Part shown: positions 19,848-28,012 of the stretch, in pieces
How positions within the stretch are numbered: the first letter of the stretch is position 1
Layout: each line of letters starts with the position of its first letter
Origin: Candidatus Poriferihabitaceae bacterium
Lineage (GTDB): Bacteria; Pseudomonadota; Gammaproteobacteria; Arenicellales; Poriferihabitantaceae
Direction of reading: 5' to 3'
Assembly (NCBI GenBank): GCA_965214205.1
Contig: OZ243941.1
Span: forward strand, 1,132,515-1,196,514
Length of the DNA stretch: 64,000 nt
Translations under genes and position numbers: made by a program
The notes under the pieces: generated by a model
Told to the model about the DNA's origin: nothing
The model's database searches: none
The model's input: the letters and a program-made list of their open reading frames with translations, nothing else

Positions 19848-20312
19848 TCAGATCAGCCAGCCTTGCGGGGTGCGTACATACAGAAGTTTCCAGAACAGAC
19901 CGTAAAGCGTCAGCATGAGGAGAAGGCCAATCACGGATTTGTATAACAGAGCCTTGTAATCATTCCATTTGCGGTTGCCGTAAATGAGGACAATACACAG
20001 AAAAGCCAGGAAAGATCCGACGTAAAACCCGATGGTCTCAATCAAGAGAACAAAAACTATCGTGACCGCCAGTCCGGGCAACAGGGCTGGCCAGGCGATT
20101 ACCCCCCCGTCTGGCTTTTGTGATGGTTTCGCTTGTTCTTTTATGGTCTTGATCAACTGGACCAGACACAGCGCAAGCATGATAACCGCCAGTATCCTCG
20201 GGAACAGATAGACCTCCGGGTCCGCATCCCAGAAACAGGCGACTGCAAATATGACTGCGGCGGTTAACGCAAATATCGTCGCCTTCGTTTCAGTGTTGTT
20301 GATATGCAGCAT
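19848..20312 (-). CDS. tctB: Tripartite tricarboxylate transporter small membrane protein TctB
   Basis: 154 aa with four TM segments, located between tctA and tctC. Confidence 0.7.
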   Translation of the reverse strand: MLHINNTETKATIFALTAAVIFAVACFWDADPEVYLFPRILAVIMLALCLVQLIKTIKEQAKPSQKPDGGVIAWPALLPGLAVTIVFVLLIETIGFYVGSFLAFLCIVLIYGNRKWNDYKALLYKSVIGLLLMLTLYGLFWKLLYVRTPQGWLI

Positions 20313-20316
20313 GATT

Positions 20317-21807
20317 TCAACCCTTGTTCACGTTACGGCGGCCGCTGTAGACGCTATAGGCGATGGATATGAAGCACAGCGAGATCAGCGTGATATTGAT
20401 CGGGCCGCTGGTGAAATAACTGAATACTCCGTCTCCACTTTCACCGATCAATTTGCCTTGCAGGAAATTATCTTCCGCGATCGGCCCCAGAATGATACCG
20501 AGCACCAGCGGCGCCGGACCGAAACCGAATTTACTGGCAAAATACATCAGCATTCCCAACGACATCATGATCAACACATCGGAATAGCTGGACTGGATAC
20601 TATAGGTGCCGAAGACCGACAGAATCAATATGACCGCCGCCATATAGTGTCCGGGGACCTTCATGATCCAGCCGCTATGCTGGCTCAGAAACAGGCCGAT
20701 TACCAGCATCAGCGCCTGCGCCACCAGCAACGAATTGATAAAGGTCCAGGTCACTTCCGCATGAATGGTAAACAGGTCCGGTCCCGGGAACAGCCCATGG
20801 ATCAACAGGCCGCCCAAAAGCACAGCGGCGGTCGGACTGCCGGGTATGCTCAGGGTCAGGAGCGGCACCAGGGAAGGGCCAACCATCGCGTTATTCGCCG
20901 ATTCAGCCGCGATAATTCCATCCGGCTCGCCCTGCCCGTAAGTACTGGGATCCTTACTGGTCTTTTTGACTTGATCGTAGGCGACCAGTCCCGCAATCTG
21001 TCCACCGGCGCCGGGAATAATGCCGATAATGGTTCCGATTGCCGAGCCGATACCCAGGGCTCTGAACCGGCGCAGATTATAGGCGACCGACTTGAACAGG
21101 CGTGATTCCCCCAAGGCGTAGATACTGGCTGTCTTGTCCGCCATCGCCTGTTCCATCAGGGTGAAGACCTGGGGGACGGCAAACAGTCCGATCAGCGCCG
21201 CGACGATATGAACACCACTTTCGAGATGTTCGGAAACCACGAACCGCTCCTCTCCGAGCATTGGGTTGTCGCCGATGGTGGATAATGACAGTCCGAATAA
21301 TCCGGCAAGCAGCCCCTTGACCACCGAGGAACTGCCTATTGTCCCGATAATCGTGACTCCAAGAATCGCGATCCAGAACAATTCGGTCGGCCCGAATTTC
21401 AGGGCCAGTTGGGCAAGCGGAGGGGTAAAGAATATCAGGACGAAAATTCCAATCACGCCCCCTATGAACGAACTGGTGAAGCAATAGTGCAGCGCCTCTG
21501 TCGCTCTTCCGGCCCTGGCCAGTTGATGGCCGTCCAGAGCCGTCGCAATATTCGCCGGGGCGCCGGGGACATTGACCAGAATGGCGCTGATTGCGCCGCC
21601 GGCGACGGTCGCCGTATACATCGCGCCCAGCAGAATCAGCCCGGCGGCGGGCTGCATGTGGAAGGTGAACGGAATCATCAAGGCCACCGCCATGGTTGGA
21701 CTGAGGCCGGGCAACGCGCCCAGTATCAGCCCCGCCAGAGTCCCCCCGACCAGCAATGCGATATGATAGAGGGTAAAGACCTTATCGAAGTGAAGCAGGA
21801 ATTCCAT
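20317..21807 (-). CDS. tctA: Tripartite tricarboxylate transporter large permease TctA
   Basis: 496 aa and highly hydrophobic, with GALPGLSPTMAVALMIPFTF and IPGSPTAAVLLGGL motifs of the TctA family. Confidence 0.9.
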   Translation of the reverse strand: MEFLLHFDKVFTLYHIALLVGGTLAGLILGALPGLSPTMAVALMIPFTFHMQPAAGLILLGAMYTATVAGGAISAILVNVPGAPANIATALDGHQLARAGRATEALHYCFTSSFIGGVIGIFVLIFFTPPLAQLALKFGPTELFWIAILGVTIIGTIGSSSVVKGLLAGLFGLSLSTIGDNPMLGEERFVVSEHLESGVHIVAALIGLFAVPQVFTLMEQAMADKTASIYALGESRLFKSVAYNLRRFRALGIGSAIGTIIGIIPGAGGQIAGLVAYDQVKKTSKDPSTYGQGEPDGIIAAESANNAMVGPSLVPLLTLSIPGSPTAAVLLGGLLIHGLFPGPDLFTIHAEVTWTFINSLLVAQALMLVIGLFLSQHSGWIMKVPGHYMAAVILILSVFGTYSIQSSYSDVLIMMSLGMLMYFASKFGFGPAPLVLGIILGPIAEDNFLQGKLIGESGDGVFSYFTSGPINITLISLCFISIAYSVYSGRRNVNKG

Positions 21808-21922
21808 CGTGTTTGGCCGGGCTTACTCCAGGTTCGTTACGGTATGGTTAGTGTACAAACTATTTTCAATATAAACAGCCGGGCGTGTCAACTGATTTCT
21901 TGTATCAACCCGCAAACCCACT

Positions 21923-21936
21923 TGACAGGCGATGAC
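21923..21936. repeat. Left copy of exact 14-bp direct repeat TGACAGGCGATGAC
   Basis: Read directly. An identical 14-mer lies at 27956-27969. Confidence 0.9.
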
Positions 21937-22032
21937 CCCTCAAAGTACATTCATACCCCCTCAATATCCGGCAAAAAGCAGGTTAACGATAGTGAAAAAA
22001 ACCCCGATAAATTCGATTAAGTCCTTGATTTA

Positions 22033-22041
22033 TGGTATAAT
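22033..22041 (+). promoter_or_regulatory. Extended -10 promoter element TGgTATAAT
   Basis: Exact TG-n-TATAAT (TATAAT at 22036-22041). There is no convincing -35, which extended -10 promoters tolerate. Oriented toward the autotransporter gene; function is inferred. Confidence 0.4.
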
Positions 22042-22076
22042 TGCCGGATTGCCGGATTGCCGGATTGCCGGATTGC
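22040..22076. repeat. Octanucleotide tandem repeat (ATTGCCGG) x4 plus ATTGC
   Basis: Read directly: ATTGCCGG ATTGCCGG ATTGCCGG ATTGCCGG ATTGC with no mismatches. Equivalent phasing is TTGCCGGA x4 from 22041. Confidence 0.95.
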
Positions 22077-25000
22077 GCTTCGTGCGTCTTCATGGTGGTG
22101 GCGCCTAAGACGCCCTGTCTCCCGGCCTGAGCCTTCCGCCAGCGCCGCCCGCCATCTGCGCCGCCGCCTGGCCGCGGCGCTTCTCGCCCTGCCGCTCCTT
22201 GGCCTTGCCGCTCCGGTCGCCGCACAGACGATCGACTCCACGGAGATCACCGAAGGCGAGACCAAAACTTTTACCGTCACCATCCCATCATCCTGGACTG
22301 TCGACCATTTTAGTGACATAACTGCACAGACTGATGGGGTTGAGGAATGCTTCTTGACAATTACCCCGGGGCTCGTGCCCAGCGACTGGGATGCTTGTGA
22401 AGACTCTGACGCAGCCAGCTATAACTCAAACACTCGAGTCTATACATTTGAACTGCAGGCCCGTGCAGACTCAGTCAACGACCCGAATGAAACGGTCACA
22501 TACACTTTCTTTGATGCCGACGAGACTACGCGCCGTGCCACCTTCACCATCACGATCCGGGAAGCGCAAGTCACTCCCGTCACCCCCATAACCAAGGCCA
22601 CCCGGTTTCTCTCGCTCTCGTTGGACCGGGGCAAGGACACCTGCTCTGTGGGAGGAGGCAGCAGTAAAACGTACACCTGCGTGAAGGAGACAGATTCAGC
22701 GCCGAAGAATGTGGAGTTCCAGGTCAAGACCGACCAGATCTCTTCATCGGCCCTGCCCTTCCGCCTGTGCTTCTCCGGTAGCGCCACGCAACGCACCGGC
22801 GGCAATGCCGAGCAAGACGACTATCTGATACAGGAACAGGTGGGTAGCGCCTGGCAGACCAGAAACAATAGCTGCGTCGATTCGTCCATCGCCGCCAACC
22901 AGCAACTAAAGAGGTTCCGTGTCCAGGTGCTGGGAGACAACCACTACGAGGAGGTTCCGATGTGGGTCAACGGCCAGCAGCGGATGGTGATATCGGGACA
23001 GGAAACGGTCAATATCACACTGAATCCGAATCCGGGAAATCCGCTCCCTTCACCCTACAAGATCGACAGTGTGTTCAGCATCAAGACCCTGGTGATTGAC
23101 GACGACGATTATCACCAGCAGCCACTTGCCTTCGGAACCTGGGCCGGACAACCGGGCGTGAAAGAAGGCAGACCGTCCGCCGATCAGAATGTCGGCATCC
23201 CGTTCTCGGCGCAGGCTGGCTGGGATGAAAAGGTGACCTACCGGGTGGTGCCCGGCAGTGAGAGCGGCGGCAGCACGGCCATATATGGCGCCGACTACCG
23301 CCTGCGCGGCGGCTATAACCGGAACACCAACCGGGGCACGATGACGCTGCCGAAGGGGAAGACGCTTGCGACTCTGCCGGTCACAGTCATCGAGGACTCA
23401 CTGATCGAGGGCACCGAGACGGTGGTACTGGAGATGGTATCCATGGGAACCTACTCAGTGGGCTCACCGAACCGGATCACGGTACACATCCAGGACGACG
23501 AAGCGAGACCTCTGCTCAAGGTCGACGAACTCGGCAAGGCGCTGAGAGACGGAGTCGATAGCAGTCATCGGATCAAGATGGCGCTGACTCCTGCACATAG
23601 CTCGATACCCGATCGGCCACTGACAGTGGATGCGCATTTCGAGTATTGCGTGACGGGCTCGGCGACGCTCGGCGACGACTACGAGTTGGTACGCCCGGAC
23701 GGCGCTTATGTCACGACGGGCTGTCACCTCGCGACGCTGCCGAAGGGGCAACTCAGCACCTACCTCGATCTCAAGCTGTTCGACGACGGCAGCTCAGATG
23801 AACCGGACGAGTCGGTGAAAATCCGGCTACAGAAAAGTACTGTGTCGGGCAAGGAGACCACCGACCTGCTGGAAATCCCGGACTCGACTCGCATTGCCGA
23901 CGAGACCATCAGCACGGTCATCACCATCAAGGACGACCTGCCCGTTCTGAAGGTGTCGGGGCGTGATGACACGTCGAAGCACGACCGCCGGTTCCGCGCG
24001 ATATACACCATCCGCTCGGTCAATGGCGGCCTGACTGACGGTCTCTATGTCAAGTGGCAGGTCGAGGACACCGGCGGAGTGGTCGACGGCAACCGCAAAC
24101 AGGGATTGGGCAAGTCCGGCTACAAGACACTCAACAGGGGTTTCTCCGAGTTCACGGTGCCCATCAGTCTCCATCATGACGCCGGAGCCGGCAGCGTGAC
24201 CTTTCATCTGATGTCCGCCGGCCGTCCGTTCCGGCTGGCTCCGGGCAGCCACTGCGTGCGGATCAATGGTGGGCTATGCCCTGTGGGCAGCAACGCACCC
24301 GCCATTCAGCATGATGCCCAGAGCGCTCCGGCCCAGCAGGACGAGGCGCAAGCCGCGCCGATTGAGACCCCGGTCTGCGTCTCCGACGCCCTGCTTGCCG
24401 ACGCCCAGTTGGCTACGACCGAGACCTGGCGGACTTCGCCGGGCCATGTTGAGCGCTGGAGCCGGGTGCTTGCGGCCTTCGGGGAGAGCAACGGCTACAG
24501 CCCGATGACCATCGCCGAGGCGCAGGCGCAAGCGGATCGGGGCCTGAAGCGCTGGGCGCCGGTGGCGCCGGCGCTGGAATGCCTGGCGAACCCGCCGCAG
24601 GAGGAACAGCCGAAAGCGCAAGAAGAAAAAACCATTACGCCACCGGCTGTACCGGAACTCAGCCTCTCATCGGGTTCTGCCGTAGAGGAGGGCAGTCCTG
24701 CATCATTCACCGTCACCGCAGATAGCGCTGTGCAATCTGATCTGGCCATTGCCTATACAGTGAGCCAGAATGGAGACTATCTGGACGCCCCCGGCAGTGG
24801 ACAAAGAACCGTCACCCTGGCGGCGGGAGCGACGACTGTTTCGCTCTTGATTGGTACAGTAGACGATGCTCTGGATGAAGCGGATGGTTCAGTGACGGTC
24901 ACAGTAGATACCCGTACCGGCTATACAATCGCAACCAATAAGGACACCGCATCCATCCCGGTGCGCGACAATGACGAGCCGGTCGTGCGGATTACCGCAG

Positions 25001-27201
25001 GCAGTGGCGTAACGGAAGGAGATGCAGCCTCCTTTACCGTATCCGCTGATCCACTACCCGCCGCGCCGCTGGATATTACAGTAACTGTGGCCCAGAGCGG
25101 AGAGTTTGCCGACAGTGGAGAAACCGGCGCACGGACCCTCACCCTCCCGGTCACGGGTAGCGCCACCTTCACGGTCGCCACCCTGGACGACTCGGTAGAC
25201 GAGCCGGACGGTTCCGTCACCGCCACCATAGATACCGGCACGGGTTACCTGGTGGCAGTGCCACCGGATGATAGCGCTCTGGTGGCGGTGTCTGACAATG
25301 ATGCGGCGGCCTCGGGACCGACGCTCTCGATTGCCGATGCCACCATGAAGGAGAACCAGCGCAACGGGTATTTCAAGGTGACGCTGAGCGAGAAGGTGGC
25401 CTGGCCGGTCCATGTCTACTATGCGACACGGGATTCGACCCCGGTCTCGGCCGTGGCGGGCCAGGACTATCTGGCGTGGCGGCGGTCCTGGCAACTGCGG
25501 GCCCGGTTCCAACCGGGCCAGACCGAGACGCAGATCCATGTCCCCCTCTACAACGACAGCCATGACGAGGATCCGGAGACCTTCGAGATGGTGCTGTTCG
25601 ATGCCGGCGTGAACGGCCCGCCCGGTGTGTCGGTGTCGATTGCGGACGGGGTTGCGGTGGGCACCATTACCAACTCGGACCCGATGCCGGCGGCGTGGCT
25701 CAGCCGATTCGGTCGCACGATTGCCCAACAAGCCATTGATGGACTCTCTGACCGCATCGCAGACCGCCGTGCCGCCGGAATGCAAGGCACAGTAGCCGGA
25801 CAAGCCTTTACGCTGGGTAGCCGTCCATCAGAATCTGTCCTGTCCAGTACCCATTCGATGGAATACGACTCCGCTCACTCCACCGAACAGGTACATGACC
25901 GGCATCACTTCGGCGGCACACAGAGTCAGTCTTATGATATGACAGTACGAGAAGCCTTACTGAACAGCTCCTTTACGGCCACGAGTGAGAAAGACGCGCA
26001 AGGCGGCAGTGTCTCCTTCTGGGGACGGGCCACACAAGGCAACTTCGATGGACGAGAAGGCGCCTTCTCATTAGACGGAGAGACCACCACTGCATTACTC
26101 GGCACAGACTATGCCAAAGACAACTGGCTGGTTGGACTGACCCTGATACAAAGTGATGGAGAAGGCAGCTATACCGATACCGATACCAGCAACCGGGTTC
26201 CTGAACAAATGTGTAACCAGGAGAACCTGCCCGCACAAGCCAGACAAGTCCTGTGCAATGGCGCGGTACGCGAAGGCGATGGAGAAGTCAAAGCCTCACT
26301 GACCGCCATTACGCCCTATACTTCGATGCAAGTATCCGATTCTATCCAGCTATGGGGCACACTCGGACAGGGTAGTGGAGAAGTCACATTACAACCGGAA
26401 CTGGGTGATGTACTCACTTCTGACATGAGTTGGGACATGGTTGCCCTGGGAATGCGTGGAGATTTGTTAGAACAAGAACAGGGACTGTCTCTGGCGCTGA
26501 CTGCAGATGCCTTATGGTCTCGTACCCAATCAGACAAGACCCATCAACTGGCCGCCTCCGATGCCAGCAGTACCCGTATCCGGGCTGGACTGGAGAGTAG
26601 CTGGAAGAAGGATCTTGAAAACGGTCAACTTACGCCCCGACTGGAAGTGGGCATTCGACAGGATGGGGGAGATGCAGAGACCGGAACGGGGTTAGAGATA
26701 GGCGGTGGCATTGCATGGAATGACACAAACCTCGGACTCTCTCTTGATCTGTCGGGACGTACCCTGGTCTCGCATGATTCAGATGATCTCAAAGATCGGG
26801 GATATGGGGCATCGTTTGTGTTTGATCCACAACCCGATAGTCAACGGGGACTGTCTCTGACCGTCAATCAGGATTGGGGCGGGCAATCCAGTGGCGGACT
26901 GGATGCCTTGTTTGCAGAACCATCTATCAGTGAACGTACCGGCAGTGCATCAGAGAGTCGCTGGCATGCACAAGCGGCGTATGGTTTCTCTATGTTATCG
27001 GGAAGATTCACGGGCAGTCCATATCTGGACATGGGGATCACGGATAGTACGCATGAATATACGCTTGGCTGGCGACTGCAACCGGTGTATACCACCGGTC
27101 AGGCATTGAACTTCACGCTGGATATTCAGGCTACGCACCGGGAAACCGATGATAATGAACCTACACAGTTTGTGGGGGTGGAAGTGGGGGTTCGGTGGTG
27201 A
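22057..27201 (+). CDS. Type Va autotransporter outer-membrane protein with Calx-beta-rich passenger domain
   Basis: 1714 aa with a TTG start inside the repeat. Signal peptide RRRLAAALLALPLLGLAAPVAAQ. At least five Calx-beta-like acidic motifs (e.g. VIEDSLIEGTETVVLEM, YNDSHDEDPETFEMVLF). The C-terminal ~500 aa (from PAAWLSRFGRTIAQQ at ~25681) has amphipathic beta-strand periodicity and ends in VGVRW. Confidence 0.85.
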   Translation: MPDCRIALRASSWWWRLRRPVSRPEPSASAARHLRRRLAAALLALPLLGLAAPVAAQTIDSTEITEGETKTFTVTIPSSWTVDHFSDITAQTDGVEECFLTITPGLVPSDWDACEDSDAASYNSNTRVYTFELQARADSVNDPNETVTYTFFDADETTRRATFTITIREAQVTPVTPITKATRFLSLSLDRGKDTCSVGGGSSKTYTCVKETDSAPKNVEFQVKTDQISSSALPFRLCFSGSATQRTGGNAEQDDYLIQEQVGSAWQTRNNSCVDSSIAANQQLKRFRVQVLGDNHYEEVPMWVNGQQRMVISGQETVNITLNPNPGNPLPSPYKIDSVFSIKTLVIDDDDYHQQPLAFGTWAGQPGVKEGRPSADQNVGIPFSAQAGWDEKVTYRVVPGSESGGSTAIYGADYRLRGGYNRNTNRGTMTLPKGKTLATLPVTVIEDSLIEGTETVVLEMVSMGTYSVGSPNRITVHIQDDEARPLLKVDELGKALRDGVDSSHRIKMALTPAHSSIPDRPLTVDAHFEYCVTGSATLGDDYELVRPDGAYVTTGCHLATLPKGQLSTYLDLKLFDDGSSDEPDESVKIRLQKSTVSGKETTDLLEIPDSTRIADETISTVITIKDDLPVLKVSGRDDTSKHDRRFRAIYTIRSVNGGLTDGLYVKWQVEDTGGVVDGNRKQGLGKSGYKTLNRGFSEFTVPISLHHDAGAGSVTFHLMSAGRPFRLAPGSHCVRINGGLCPVGSNAPAIQHDAQSAPAQQDEAQAAPIETPVCVSDALLADAQLATTETWRTSPGHVERWSRVLAAFGESNGYSPMTIAEAQAQADRGLKRWAPVAPALECLANPPQEEQPKAQEEKTITPPAVPELSLSSGSAVEEGSPASFTVTADSAVQSDLAIAYTVSQNGDYLDAPGSGQRTVTLAAGATTVSLLIGTVDDALDEADGSVTVTVDTRTGYTIATNKDTASIPVRDNDEPVVRITAGSGVTEGDAASFTVSADPLPAAPLDITVTVAQSGEFADSGETGARTLTLPVTGSATFTVATLDDSVDEPDGSVTATIDTGTGYLVAVPPDDSALVAVSDNDAAASGPTLSIADATMKENQRNGYFKVTLSEKVAWPVHVYYATRDSTPVSAVAGQDYLAWRRSWQLRARFQPGQTETQIHVPLYNDSHDEDPETFEMVLFDAGVNGPPGVSVSIADGVAVGTITNSDPMPAAWLSRFGRTIAQQAIDGLSDRIADRRAAGMQGTVAGQAFTLGSRPSESVLSSTHSMEYDSAHSTEQVHDRHHFGGTQSQSYDMTVREALLNSSFTATSEKDAQGGSVSFWGRATQGNFDGREGAFSLDGETTTALLGTDYAKDNWLVGLTLIQSDGEGSYTDTDTSNRVPEQMCNQENLPAQARQVLCNGAVREGDGEVKASLTAITPYTSMQVSDSIQLWGTLGQGSGEVTLQPELGDVLTSDMSWDMVALGMRGDLLEQEQGLSLALTADALWSRTQSDKTHQLAASDASSTRIRAGLESSWKKDLENGQLTPRLEVGIRQDGGDAETGTGLEIGGGIAWNDTNLGLSLDLSGRTLVSHDSDDLKDRGYGASFVFDPQPDSQRGLSLTVNQDWGGQSSGGLDALFAEPSISERTGSASESRWHAQAAYGFSMLSGRFTGSPYLDMGITDSTHEYTLGWRLQPVYTTGQALNFTLDIQATHRETDDNEPTQFVGVEVGVRW

Positions 27202-27218
27202 TCATCTGAACAACGCTC

Positions 27219-27258
27219 TTGTAATATATTATAGTTGCTATATACTGAGTGTATATAG
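27219..27258 (+). promoter_or_regulatory. Candidate vapBC-2 promoter (TTGTAA-16 nt-TATACT) overlapped by inverted repeat CTATATAC-N5-GTATATAG
   Basis: Read directly: -35 at 27219-27224, -10 at 27241-27246, 8-bp IR arms at 27238-27245 and 27251-27258, ~18 nt before the GGGAGG SD of vapB. Type II TA operons are classically autoregulated at such palindromes. Confidence 0.45.
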
Positions 27259-27275
27259 TTAAGCGGGAGGTTTCA

Positions 27276-27509
27276 ATGGCTACTGGATCTGTATTCGTTA
27301 ACAATCGCACCCAAGCGGTCAGATTGCCCGCTGAGGCCCGTTTCCCCGACGGAGTGAAGAAAGTTACTGTCCGTATTGTTGGAAAGGATCGGGTGCTGTC
27401 TCCTGTAGATAGCTCCTGGGACAGTTTCTTTCTTTCTGATGATCAAGTGACCGATGATTTTATGGAAGAACGCGCTTCCCAGGATCAGTCTGAGCGAGAA
27501 GCTTTTTGA
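27276..27509 (+). CDS. vapB: Type II antitoxin VapB (AbrB/SpoVT-fold)
   Basis: Carries MATGSVFVNNRTQAVRLPAEARFP. I set the start at ATG 27276 (GGGAGG 6 nt upstream) rather than ORF-track 27249. Confidence 0.85.
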   Translation: MATGSVFVNNRTQAVRLPAEARFPDGVKKVTVRIVGKDRVLSPVDSSWDSFFLSDDQVTDDFMEERASQDQSEREAF

Positions 27510-27907
27510 TGTTGAAATACATGCTCGACACCAATATTGTCATTTATGTAATCAAGCGACGCCCACCGAAAGCGCTGGCAACTTTTAATCAGCATACTGG
27601 CCAACTTTGCATAAGCTCAATTACGTTGGCAGAACTGATGCATGGTGTAGAAAAAAGTACTAAACCTGATCATAATCTGCGGAAAGTCGAAAACTTTGTT
27701 TCTCGTATAACGGTGTTGGAATACGGCAATAAAGCCGCAGCCCATTACGGTGATATTCGGGCGTCGCTGGAACGTAAAGGTATGTCTATTGGTGTCAATG
27801 ACTTGCATATTGCTGGGCATGCGAGATGTGGAGGTTTGACGCTGGTGACGAATAACCTGCAAGAGTTCAAGCGCGTAGAAGGTCTGCGCCTTGATAACTG
27901 GGTTTAA
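27506..27907 (+). CDS. vapC: Type II toxin VapC (PIN-domain ribonuclease)
   Basis: 133 aa with MLDTNIVIY...SSITLAELMHG...LVTNNLQEFKRVEGL. Has a 4-bp overlap with vapB. Confidence 0.9.
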   Translation: MMLKYMLDTNIVIYVIKRRPPKALATFNQHTGQLCISSITLAELMHGVEKSTKPDHNLRKVENFVSRITVLEYGNKAAAHYGDIRASLERKGMSIGVNDLHIAGHARCGGLTLVTNNLQEFKRVEGLRLDNWV

Positions 27908-27955
27908 TTTTCTGACCTGGTGAGTTCGTCCAGTGGAGGGGAAACTGTAGGCGCC

Positions 27956-27969
27956 TGACAGGCGATGAC
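27956..27969. repeat. Right copy of exact 14-bp direct repeat TGACAGGCGATGAC
   Basis: Read directly; identical to 21923-21936. Embedded in a GC-rich structured intergenic element. Confidence 0.9.
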
Positions 27970-28012
27970 GCCTTACAGCAAACTTACCGGCGCCATTCAG
28001 GCGGGAGGCGCC

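Noticed and set aside
22017-22319. 100-aa minus-strand ORF spanning the octanucleotide repeat (translates IRQSGNPAIRQ)
   Set aside because: It is an artefact of translating the repeat and the antisense of the autotransporter signal-peptide region. It has no start context or motif.
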